From Candidatus Eremiobacteraceae bacterium (GTDB lineage Bacteria > Acidobacteriota > Terriglobia > Acidiferrales > UBA7541): a stretch of DNA of 64,000 nucleotides. The notes below the pieces were generated by a model. That model saw only the letters and a program-made list of their open reading frames with translations, made no database searches and had not been told where the DNA came from. A program made the translations under genes and the position numbers. The DNA is taken from contig DASPVD010000105.1 of NCBI GenBank assembly GCA_035622555.1, positions 115-64,114 of the forward strand, in the 5' to 3' direction. Position 1 is the stretch's first letter; each line of letters opens with the position of its first letter. Below, one piece after another: positions 38,667 to 49,817 of this stretch.

Positions 38667-40031
38667 ATGACGCCGAGCCCGCCCAATTTGCGTAAAGCTA
38701 AGCCCCGCCGTTGGCCGATGGTTGTGGGCATCGTTGTGCTTGTGGCGCTCGCCGGTTATCTGAGCCGCGGACTACTGGTGCGAGCTTACGTGGCATACCG
38801 CGTCTCGCGGGCTGGAATATTCATGCCACCGGCCAAAGACCCGCAACAATCCCAGCTGAGTTTCCTTCACGAGAAGGCAGAGTTCTATTGGGACTTTGCC
38901 GGCTTCATGGTGGCACGCCAGAGGCGAGTGAGCAAATTCGAACCGATTCTGAAGCCGCTGGTAAAGGAACTCGACCGGCGCCAAGAGGCCGGAGAGAACA
39001 TGCAGTATTCGATGCACATTTATCGCGAAATTCGCTGGCTGCTCAATTTCACGCCGGACGTGGCAGCCACGGAAAAGCGCATCGACGACCTGCGGCGCAG
39101 CCTGACACAGCCGGAAATGCAAAAGCTGGCGACGGAACAGCAGGCTTCCGATGGAGATTATGCGCTTGGGATCAATGTCTGGTATTTGAAGCTGTACTAC
39201 TCCGTTGAGGATGGGCTGGATAACGGAGCGGTGCCGCGATACCCGCTTTCTTTCCTGGACCGAATCAACAGCCCGCAAAAGCTGACCGCGCAACTCGATT
39301 CGGACCTGTACGACCACCTGCCAGAGACCGGCCAGTTCAACCGCGAGGAGCTGGACGAAACCTTCTCGGCGCTGGCACGGCTGTTGTTCAAGATGAAGCC
39401 GGTCGGCTACGCGTTCGATCCGGGGTTGCGTGGGGCGCTGAGCGCATTTGTCGGACGCTGGCAGAACGGGAGCAGCGGCTGCTGGGGCCAGTGGATCGTG
39501 GATCGCCAGGGCCGGGTGTGGAAGATGGACGACGTGGGCATCACTTTCCACGTAGTTTCCGATTTGGGAGGCAACGTGCAGCACTTGGACCTGATTGCGA
39601 AACGACTGCTGCAGCTTGATGGAGTCAACTTCCCCACGGGTATCCGATTCCAAAATCATTACGAGAATCATTTGAACTGGGATGCGGTGAAAATCTTCCG
39701 CTATGCCTGGCCTAATTTGGACCCAGCGAGCCGCGAGCAGGTCCGCGCGGAGATTTCCGGCATGCTGGATTGGTGCCTTAGCGAGTCGCTGCAGCCAGAC
39801 GGCTCGTTCAAGGTGAGCGATTTAGACGACACAGTCGGTGATGCGTACGACTACGGGGTCTATTTCCTCCGGGAAGTGGGCTACTTCCAGCGGCAGAAAC
39901 GCTTCTGGACAGACCAGGAGTTTCCCGGAGCCGAGGCAGTGCGCGAGCGCATCGAAGCGAAGCTAGAGGCGATTGGGCTGAACGATCCGCACCTAAAAGA
40001 CGCGTACAGGATGCTGCAGGACGCCCCGTAG
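38667..40031 (+). CDS. Membrane-anchored hypothetical protein with QW-like (alpha/alpha barrel) motifs
   Basis: N-terminal TM; QQASDGDY, WQNGSSGCW, SLQPDGSF; start 38655 or 38667. Confidence 0.7.
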   Translation: MTPSPPNLRKAKPRRWPMVVGIVVLVALAGYLSRGLLVRAYVAYRVSRAGIFMPPAKDPQQSQLSFLHEKAEFYWDFAGFMVARQRRVSKFEPILKPLVKELDRRQEAGENMQYSMHIYREIRWLLNFTPDVAATEKRIDDLRRSLTQPEMQKLATEQQASDGDYALGINVWYLKLYYSVEDGLDNGAVPRYPLSFLDRINSPQKLTAQLDSDLYDHLPETGQFNREELDETFSALARLLFKMKPVGYAFDPGLRGALSAFVGRWQNGSSGCWGQWIVDRQGRVWKMDDVGITFHVVSDLGGNVQHLDLIAKRLLQLDGVNFPTGIRFQNHYENHLNWDAVKIFRYAWPNLDPASREQVRAEISGMLDWCLSESLQPDGSFKVSDLDDTVGDAYDYGVYFLREVGYFQRQKRFWTDQEFPGAEAVRERIEAKLEAIGLNDPHLKDAYRMLQDAP

Positions 40032-40102
40032 TGTTTGTTTGGTTCGGGCTGCGCCTGGCTACGCAGGCAGGCTCGGAATGACGAATATTGCCATGCGTGA
40101 AG

Positions 40103-41890
<1,788 letters not shown>

Positions 41891-41891
41891 G

Positions 41892-44002
41892 CTACTTGGG
41901 TAGGGCGAAGGCGACGTAGACGCCGCCGGATTTGGAACGCAGGTCCTTGCCGCCCCCCGCCGCGATGACAATGTATTGACGGCCGCTGACCGTGTAAGTG
42001 GCGGGAGTGGCGTTGCCGGCGAAGGGGAGAGTGGTCTGCCAAAGAAGGGCGCCGGTGGATTTGTCGAAGGCACGAAACTGCTTGTCGTAATTGGTGGCTG
42101 CGATGAAGAGCAGACCACCGGCGGTGACGATGGGGCCACCATAATTTTCTGTGCCGGTGTTGGTCATGCCCTGAGCAGCCAGTTCGGGATATTCGCCAAG
42201 AGGAATTTTCCAGACGTACTCGCCGGTATTGAGGTCAATGGCGTTCAGCGTGCCCCAAGGAGGCTCGACGGCAGGATAGCCGTCGGGATCGAGGAAGCGG
42301 TTGTAGCCGGTGAGGTGATATTTCGCGGACGGGGGAAGAGTGCCGGCGACGGTGAGGTCGGTGTCGTTGCCGGTGGAAAGAAAATTGATGAGCGCGTCGA
42401 TCTGATCGCCGGACAGATTGGGGAAACCGGGCATGCGGCCTTGACCGTTCTGGATGGTTTGCGCGATTTGGCGGTAAGAGAGGCGATCGGCGATGGAGAG
42501 AAAAGAAGGGACCGAAGGAGGCGAGCCTTGGCGATTGTCGCCGTGGCAAAGGGCGCATTCATTCTGATAGAGGGCGATAGCGGTTTTGTGGGGAGTGGTT
42601 TCGGCAAGAGCGCCGGTCCAGACGATATCGTTGGAGTTGACGTAGATGATGGAAGTTTCCGGATCGACGGCGGAGCCGCCCCATTCCGCGCCGCCATCGA
42701 AGCCGGGAAATACCACAGTGCTCTGGCTCACAGTGAAGAGAACGAACTGGCCCAGGTTGCGGAAAGTTTTGAATTTTTCCAGTGCCCACTGATGAGCGGC
42801 GGGGGTGCGCCTAGTGAGCATATCTTCGGTGAGAAGTTGGCGAGCATAAGGAGCGGGCTTGGTGGGCAGGCCCTGCTGGGCGGCAGCGACTTCACCGGGG
42901 AGATTGCTTTTGGGGTAATCGTGATAGGCGATGGGAAACAGAGGCTGGCCGGTGAGGCGATGGAAGAGAAACAGGTAACCCTGTTTGGAAGGCTGGGCAA
43001 CGGCGTCGACGAGGATGCCGTGGTGATGGACGGTGAGAAGCACAGGAGGCGACGGGAAATCGCGGTCCCAAAGATCGTGGCGGACTCCCTGGAAATGCCA
43101 GAGGAGCTGGCCAGTTTCGGCGTTGAGGGCGAGAAGACAATTGGCGAAAAGATCGTCGCCAAGGCGGTCGGGTCCGTAGAAATCGAAAGCAGCGGAGCCA
43201 GTGGGCACGTACAAAATGCCGCGGGGCACGTCGAGGGACATGCCGGCCCAGTTGTTGGCGGCGCCGCTGATTTTCCAGGCATTCGGAGGCCAGGTATCGT
43301 ATCCGAGTTCGCCGGGATGGGGGATGGTGTGAAAGGCCCAGCGCAGCTTGCCGGAATGAACATCGAAGGCGCGAATATCACCAGGAGGAGCAGGAAGAGA
43401 TTCGGGATTGCGGCCGCCGACGATGAAAAGGTCCTTGAAAACAATGGGAGGACTAGTAAGAACGACGAACTGAGCGGAGGCGGGCTGGCGGCCAAGACCT
43501 TCCCGGAGATCGATGCGGCCGTTCTGTCCGAAAGAGGGGATGGGCTTGCCGGTTTCGGAGTTGAGTGCGTAGACGAAGTTCATGACGCCGACGAGGATGC
43601 GTTGGTCGTGGCCATCGCTCCAGTAGGCGAGGCCGCGGTCGGGTTGGGTACCGCGGATGCCGGAATCAAACTTCCAGAGCAGCTTTCCGGTGGCAGCGTC
43701 GAGAGCAAAGATTTTTTGGGAAGGGGTGACGCCGTACAAGATGCCATCGATGACGATGGGACTGGTCTGCAAGCCACCTTCTTCAGCGGTGTCGAAGGTC
43801 CAGGCGACCTGGAGATTCTTGACGTTGGTGCGATTGATCTGGTTGAGAGAGGAGTAGTGGGTACTGGCAGCGGAGCCGCCGTAAACGGGCCAATCCTGCT
43901 GGCGGGCCACAGAGAATTGCGAACGAGCAAAAACAGCAAGGGGAAGAGCAGAGCGAGACGTAAGAAAGCGCCAGGGCGTATGGATAAAACGGCACTTACC
44001 AT
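41892..44002 (-). CDS. PQQ-dependent dehydrogenase (glucose DH-like) with internal cytochrome c; apparent 1-bp frameshift in the signal peptide
   Basis: DWPVYGG, QINRTNVKNLQVAW, HDLWDRD, GGAEWGG, CALCH, PPWGTLNAIDLNTG, ATPATY; signal-peptide ATG at 44002 is out of frame with the body (41892-43910). Confidence 0.85.
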
Positions 44003-44018
44003 GGGCGGAGGACGGCGG

Positions 44019-45257
44019 TCACTGAGCTTCCGGCTCTTCGATGAGTGATTCCTGACGGACGACGATGACGATGCCGGAAGGAGTGACGTGGAAGCGTCGG
44101 CGATCGGCTTCGAGGTCAAACCCAATTTCGGTGTGCTCGGGAAGGCTGACGTGGCGGTCGATGATGGCGCGGCAGATGCGGGAGTGACGGCCAATGTTGA
44201 CATGGTTATAGATGATGGAGGCGGTTACTTCACAGAAGCTATTGACGCGGACGTCGTAGCCAATCACGCAGTTTTGCACGCGGCCACCGGAAAGGATGGA
44301 GCCGCCAGCGACGATGGAATCGAGGGCCACGCCTTTGCGGTCGACGTCGGCGAAAACGAACTTGGCGGGAGGATACTGCTGCTGCCAAGTGCGGAGAGGC
44401 CAGTTCTTATCGTAGAGGTTGAAGACGGGGGAAACACTGACGAGGTCCATGTTGGCTTCGTAGTAGGCATCCAGGGTGCCGACGTCGCGCCAGTAGAGGG
44501 ATTCACGACTGTTTTCGTCGATGAAGTTGTAAGCGAAGACGCGATGCTTGTCGATGATGCGGGGAATAATGTCCTTGCCGAAGTCGTGGGCGGACTTGGG
44601 GTCTTCCGAATCGGCAAGCAGTACGGGGATGAGCAGCTGGGTATTGAAGATATACACGCCCATGGAGGCGTTGCAGTGGGTGGGCTTGTGGGCGGAGGGT
44701 TTGGGTTTGGCGGGTTTTTCGGCGAAACCGCAAATGCGCCAGTTCTTGTCGGTCTCGATAACGCCGAATTGTTTGGCGGCTTCGGCCATGGGGGTTTCCA
44801 TAGTGGCGACGGAGACGTCGGCGCCGGAATCGAGGTGCTGCTGAAGCATTCTGGCGTAATTCATTTTGTAGATGTGGTCGCCGGAGAGGATGAAGACGTA
44901 TTTGGAACGCTCGCTGCCGATGGAGTAGATGTTCTGATACACGGCGTCGGCGGTGCCCTGATACCACTGCTGAGAGACGCGCTGTTGCGGAGGAAGGACT
45001 TCAATGAATTCGCCGAGTCCCATTAACGGGGACCATCCGGCGCGAATATGTCGGGTGAGACTAAGGGCCTTGTACTGGGTGAGAGTGAAGACGCGGCGCA
45101 AGCCGGAGTTGACGCAGTTGGAGAGGGTGATGTCGATAATGCGGTACAGGCCGCCAAAAGGCACGGCGGGCTTGGCGCGATCGCGAGTGAGCGGCCAAAG
45201 GCGTTCGCCCTGTCCCCCGGCAAGAAGTACTCCAATGGCGTCACGCATATCGGGCAT
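44019..45257 (-). CDS. glgC: Glucose-1-phosphate adenylyltransferase
   Basis: LAGGQGERLWPLTRDRAKPAVPFGG, WYQGTADAVYQN, SGDHIYKMNY, DFGKDII, YWRDVGT. Confidence 0.97.
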   Translation of the reverse strand: MPDMRDAIGVLLAGGQGERLWPLTRDRAKPAVPFGGLYRIIDITLSNCVNSGLRRVFTLTQYKALSLTRHIRAGWSPLMGLGEFIEVLPPQQRVSQQWYQGTADAVYQNIYSIGSERSKYVFILSGDHIYKMNYARMLQQHLDSGADVSVATMETPMAEAAKQFGVIETDKNWRICGFAEKPAKPKPSAHKPTHCNASMGVYIFNTQLLIPVLLADSEDPKSAHDFGKDIIPRIIDKHRVFAYNFIDENSRESLYWRDVGTLDAYYEANMDLVSVSPVFNLYDKNWPLRTWQQQYPPAKFVFADVDRKGVALDSIVAGGSILSGGRVQNCVIGYDVRVNSFCEVTASIIYNHVNIGRHSRICRAIIDRHVSLPEHTEIGFDLEADRRRFHVTPSGIVIVVRQESLIEEPEAQ

Positions 45258-45467
45258 AGTTCCGCTCCCGAACCAAGTTTACCAGCAGATGCAACCGAAG
45301 CAGGAGAAGCGAGCCGGAGGGAAGCAGAGCGTAGTGAGATCAGGAACATGGTGACTTGAAGAGCAACAGCTCCGGCGGGAGGCGAAGATAACAGAAAGAA
45401 TGCTTGACTTCCAACATATTAATTGACTACAAGAGGCCAGCACCCTCGTGGGATAATGAAACAGGTG

Positions 45468-45483
45468 TGGCGCTATGCTTGCA
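45468..45483 (+). promoter_or_regulatory. Sigma54 -24/-12 promoter upstream of rpsU
   Basis: TGGCGCTATGCTTGCA (GG-N10-GC with TTGCA), 50 bp before the start. Confidence 0.7.
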
Positions 45484-45532
45484 GAAACGGCGCTACGAAA
45501 CAAAATCCGAACCAGAATAGGGGTGAAGGCCA

Positions 45533-45730
45533 TTGGCAGAGGTAATCATTCAAGAGAGCGAATCTCTTGAGAATGCACTGAGGCGTTTCAAGCGCAAAGT
45601 GCAGCAGGAAGATATCATCAAGGAAATCAAGAAGCACAGCTTCTACATGAAGCCCGGAGAGAAGCGCCGGGCTAAGGAAGCGCTTTCGCGGAAGCGACTG
45701 CGCAAGAAGCAACGTCGCGAGCAGGATTAA
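45533..45730 (+). CDS. rpsU: 30S ribosomal protein S21
   Basis: ESLENALRRFKRKV...EIKKHSFYMKPGEKRR; TTG start with GGGGTG RBS. Confidence 0.95.
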   Translation: MAEVIIQESESLENALRRFKRKVQQEDIIKEIKKHSFYMKPGEKRRAKEALSRKRLRKKQRREQD

Positions 45731-45936
45731 ACCTGAGCGAGACGAGTTTCGGCGCCGCACTTCCGGGATCAGGCCCCAGTCAGGCAGAGACGTTGGGAAT
45801 TCGTTCCGGTTCCTTCGCCCACAGGCCCAGAGAGCTGTGCTTGGAGTAGGAAAAGCACGGTTCGGCACTTGGTCCCAGGCCCAAGGTGAAAGACGATTGG
45901 GTCCCCACTGCCCGCACTGGGACAGGGGAGCGGGCC

Positions 45937-46239
45937 ATGGAATTCCACGACAAGGTACTGAAGTGTTCCGAGTGTGGCGCCGAATTTGTGTTTACTGCCG
46001 GCGAACAGATGTTCTTCGCCGACAAGGGCTTCAAAAACGAACCAAAACGATGCAAAGCTTGCAAAGCAAAACGAGCGGAAGGCGGAGGGGGAGGGGGCGG
46101 ACCGGTGCGAGCAGAGACGAAAACGACTTGCTCGCAATGCGGCAAAGAGACCACCGTACCATTTAAGCCGACGCAAGGCCGCCCGGTATTTTGCCGGGAA
46201 TGCTTCCAGGCGAGGCGATCGATGGGAGGAACAGCGTAG
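45937..46239 (+). CDS. Double zinc-ribbon protein (CxxC-x17-CxxC domain)
   Basis: DKVLKCSECGAEFVFTAGEQ...EPKRCKAC; CSQCGKETTVPFKPTQGRPVFCREC. Confidence 0.92.
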   Translation: MEFHDKVLKCSECGAEFVFTAGEQMFFADKGFKNEPKRCKACKAKRAEGGGGGGGPVRAETKTTCSQCGKETTVPFKPTQGRPVFCRECFQARRSMGGTA

Positions 46240-46275
46240 AGACAGCCGGCGATCCGATCTAAAACTGACGGAAGT

Positions 46276-46314
46276 GCAGAAGGGCCATCCTAGAGGGTGG
46301 CCCTTTGCTGTTTT
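46276..46314 (+). terminator. Rho-independent terminator
   Basis: AAGGGCCATCC-TAGA-GGGTGGCCCTT stem followed by TGCTGTTTT. Confidence 0.75.
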
Positions 46315-47426
46315 CTGGCGTAGGAAGGGAGCCAGGATTCGAAGGCCGCGAGGGCTTCGGGCAGATTGCGACGGCCGTAACCAAAGCGAAGGTGAGCGGG
46401 TTCGTCGTAAACAGTGCCGGGAAGGAGGAGAACTCCGGCCTGGGCCACCAGTCGTTCGCAAAACGACTGAACGTCCTGCTGGGGTTTGAAATGGGCAAAG
46501 CCAATGGTGCTGGCATTCGGAGCAGTCCAGTCGAAAAGATCATTATGGCGGGCAAAGAAGGCGGAAAGCTGAGGAAGATTGCGCAGAACAATTTGCCGGC
46601 TGCGGTCGATCAGCTTTTGACGGTGGCGGAAGGCCAGGGCGGTGAGGAATTCGCTAGGCGCGCTGGAACAGATGGTCGTGTAATGCTTGAGTGAAATGAT
46701 CTTGCGAAGGACAGCGGTGTCGCGAGAGGCCAGCCAGCCGAGGCGCAAGCCGGGTAAGCCGTAGGTTTTGCTGACCGAGCCGAGGCTGATGGCGCGCTCG
46801 TAAATATCGCAACCGGCAGGCAAGCGGGTGGCCGGGTCATGCTCGAGTTCGCGATAGACTTCATCACAAAAGACGTAAATGCCGCGCGCGGAGGCCAGAT
46901 CGAGAACGCGCTGAAAAACCTCAAGCCGCATGAGCAAACCGGTGGGATTGTGCGGCGTGTTGATGTAGATGGAGCGGGTGTTGGGGCGAATGAGCGATTC
47001 GAGATGGGCGATATCGTGCGACCAAGCAGTCTCCGGTTGGCGGTGCCAGGCGCTGACGGCCGCGCCGGTGCTCTGGGGGAGCGTAAGTGCGCTTTCATAG
47101 CAAGGGGTTTCGACAATGGCGTGATCCGCGGGAGTGAGAAGCGCGTGGTAGAAGAGGAAGATAGCTTCTTCAGCGGCGGAAACCACGACGAGTTGATCGG
47201 AGTGAATGTGCTGATAGATGGTGGCCAGGACTTCGCGGAGCCAGGGCGCCCCAGGGGATTCGGTATAGCCGCACCAATGATTCATGAAAGCATCGTGCGC
47301 GCCGGGCTCGAGGGCCAGGAGTTCCGCGATGGTCTGGGACTCGGCGTCAGAGGAGGAGAGCAGGTACTTGGCAGAGAACTCGTACAGGCCCATGTACTCT
47401 TCAATGCGGAAGGGTGTGATTTGCAT
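46290..47426 (-). CDS. PLP-dependent class I/II aminotransferase-fold enzyme
   Basis: NTPHNPTG, DEVYRELE, SVSKTYGLPGLRLGW, HLRFGYG. Confidence 0.9.
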   Translation of the reverse strand: MQITPFRIEEYMGLYEFSAKYLLSSSDAESQTIAELLALEPGAHDAFMNHWCGYTESPGAPWLREVLATIYQHIHSDQLVVVSAAEEAIFLFYHALLTPADHAIVETPCYESALTLPQSTGAAVSAWHRQPETAWSHDIAHLESLIRPNTRSIYINTPHNPTGLLMRLEVFQRVLDLASARGIYVFCDEVYRELEHDPATRLPAGCDIYERAISLGSVSKTYGLPGLRLGWLASRDTAVLRKIISLKHYTTICSSAPSEFLTALAFRHRQKLIDRSRQIVLRNLPQLSAFFARHNDLFDWTAPNASTIGFAHFKPQQDVQSFCERLVAQAGVLLLPGTVYDEPAHLRFGYGRRNLPEALAAFESWLPSYARKQQRATL

Positions 47427-47616
47427 GATGGGAGTTTGCCAAGAGGGGAGTAGGAGCGTCCAGGCCCAAATTGACTAATTGGGCCATGCGGTGGTTGGGG
47501 ATTCGAAAAGCTGGCGCCAGGCGCCGACGGGAGCCGGTGGGTGGGCACGGTGAGGGTGACCTGGAGTATGATACTGGCTCCGAAGTAACCAGCAAGGAGC
47601 GATCCGGAGGGCCACC

Positions 47617-48756
47617 ATGGCTCACCGCTTCACCATCGGAGTCGAAGAGGAATTCCAAATTATTGATCCCGACACGCTAGAGTTGCGCTCGCACGTGGTG
47701 CAACTGCTGTCGGCAGCGGCTTCGCGGGGAATTGGGGATCAGGTGAAGCAGGAGATGCACCAATCGATCGTGGAGACGGGGACAAAGATTTGCGAAAACG
47801 TGGCGGAATTGCGGCTGGAAATGCATCGGACGCGCAGCGAATTGGTGTCCGCCGCGGAAAGCACGGGATTGCAGGTGGCGGCGGCGGGAACGCACCCGTT
47901 TTCGAGCTGGATCGATCAGGTGATATCACCCGGGGAGCGCTATCAACACATCGTCGAAGAGATGGGGCAACTGGCGCGGTCGTTGCTGATTTTTGGGATG
48001 CACATCCATGTGGCCATGCCGGACAAGCAGACCACTATCGACATGATGAATATGGTGCGGTATTTCGTGCCGCACCTGCTGGCGCTGTCCACGAGTTCAC
48101 CGTTTTGGATGGGAAGAGCCACCGGGCTGAAGTCGTTCCGGACGACGGTATTCCGGCGGTTTCCGCGAACCGGGATACCGGAGCGGTTCGATTCCTGGAG
48201 CGCGTACGAAGATTTCGTGAATTTGTTGATACGGCTGAATTGCATCGATAACGGAAAAAAGATCTGGTGGGATGTGAGGCCGCACCCGACTTACGGGACG
48301 CTGGAGTTCCGGATGTTCGACACGGCGACGAAAGTGGAGGAAGCGGTGGCGATCGCGGCGTTAACCCAAGCGATCGTGGTGAAACTGCACCGGCTGTATA
48401 CGGGGAACATGAGCTGGAGGATGTATAGCCGGGCGTTGATTGAAGAGAATAAATGGCGAGCGGCGCGTTACGGGATCGAAGGGAAAATGATCGATTTCGG
48501 GAAGGCGGAAGAGGTGCCGATGCGGGAACTGGTGCCGGAATTACTGGAGCTGGTGGACGACGTTCTGGATGATCTAGGGAGCCGGAGCGCGGTGCAATAT
48601 GTGCATAGCATTTTGCGGGAAGGCACCAGCGCGGAACGGCAGATCCGGGTGTACCAACAGACGGGTGATTTAAAGGAAGTGGTGCGGCATTTGGTGAGGG
48701 AGACGCGAGCGAGCGCCATGGAGATCAAGTCGAGTTCCGCAGGCATCGTGCATTAG
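47617..48756 (+). CDS. ybdK: Carboxylate-amine ligase, YbdK/GCS2 family
   Basis: TIGVEEEFQ, AAGTHPF, FGMHIHV, LALSTSSPFW, WWDVRPHP..GTLEFR, ENKWRAARYG. Confidence 0.9.
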   Translation: MAHRFTIGVEEEFQIIDPDTLELRSHVVQLLSAAASRGIGDQVKQEMHQSIVETGTKICENVAELRLEMHRTRSELVSAAESTGLQVAAAGTHPFSSWIDQVISPGERYQHIVEEMGQLARSLLIFGMHIHVAMPDKQTTIDMMNMVRYFVPHLLALSTSSPFWMGRATGLKSFRTTVFRRFPRTGIPERFDSWSAYEDFVNLLIRLNCIDNGKKIWWDVRPHPTYGTLEFRMFDTATKVEEAVAIAALTQAIVVKLHRLYTGNMSWRMYSRALIEENKWRAARYGIEGKMIDFGKAEEVPMRELVPELLELVDDVLDDLGSRSAVQYVHSILREGTSAERQIRVYQQTGDLKEVVRHLVRETRASAMEIKSSSAGIVH

Positions 48757-48788
48757 GAGCGGGTGCGCAGGATAGAAGGAGGAGAACC

Positions 48789-49817
48789 ATGGTGAAGGTG
48801 GGACTGTTGTGCGGGCGAGAGTACAGTTTTCCTCCAGCGTTTCTGGAACGGGTAAATAAACTAGGACAAAAAGACGGGGTGACCGCCGAGTTTGTGAAAT
48901 TGGGCGGAACAAAAATGGGTGAGCCGGCGGAGTACCGAGTGGTGGTCGACCGGATATCGCATGAAGTGGACTACTACCGGGGCTACCTGAAACACGCGGT
49001 GCTTCAGGGAACGTACGTGATTAATAATCCGTTCTGGTGGACGGCAGACGACAAATATTTCAATTACGCGCTGGCTTCGAAACTGGGATTGGCGATACCG
49101 AAGACGGTGCTGTTGCCGCAAAAAGGTTATCCCGCGAATGTGGACATCAACTCCGAATCGCTGCGCAACCTGAAATACCCGGTCGATTGGGTGGCGCTGC
49201 TGGATTACGTGGGGCGACCGGCGATCCTGAAGCCGTATTCCGGGGGCGGGTGGAAACACGTGTACAAGGTGAATAATGAAGAGGAATTGTTGCAGGCGTA
49301 CGACCAGACCGCGCCGTGCTGCATGACGTTGCAGGAGTACATTGATTTCGAGCAGTATGTGCGATGTTTCACGTTTGGGAAGACGGATATTTTGCCGGTG
49401 GCGTACGACCCGAAAGAGCGGCGGTACCTGGTGGAACATAACTACTTGAAACCGGAACTGGGCGCGCGGGTGTTGAAAGACGCGCAGACGATAAACCTGG
49501 CTCTGGGGTACGAGATGAACACGATCGAATTTGCGATCAAGGATGGGGTGCCCTACGCCATCGACTTTCTGAATCCCGCGCCGGATTTCGAACGCGACCG
49601 CATCACCGAGTTTTATTTCGAACACGTAGTGGAAAAGATGGCGCGCCTAGCCATTGACCGCGCGCTGCGGGGCAACGCCGCCAATACTTGGCCGCGGTGG
49701 GAAGAAATGCTGGGCTTCGGGGCAGCGGCGGGATTCACCGGCGCACCGCGCATATCCCAGAGCTCGCAAGCCGCGCCTGCGACGCCTGCCGCGTCTCCCA
49801 CAACTGCGCGCCGATGA
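48789..49817 (+). CDS. RimK-like ATP-grasp ligase
   Basis: DRISHEV, INNPFWWTADDKYF, ILKPYSGGGWKHV, LQEYIDF, AIDFLNPAPD. Confidence 0.85.
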   Translation: MVKVGLLCGREYSFPPAFLERVNKLGQKDGVTAEFVKLGGTKMGEPAEYRVVVDRISHEVDYYRGYLKHAVLQGTYVINNPFWWTADDKYFNYALASKLGLAIPKTVLLPQKGYPANVDINSESLRNLKYPVDWVALLDYVGRPAILKPYSGGGWKHVYKVNNEEELLQAYDQTAPCCMTLQEYIDFEQYVRCFTFGKTDILPVAYDPKERRYLVEHNYLKPELGARVLKDAQTINLALGYEMNTIEFAIKDGVPYAIDFLNPAPDFERDRITEFYFEHVVEKMARLAIDRALRGNAANTWPRWEEMLGFGAAAGFTGAPRISQSSQAAPATPAASPTTARR

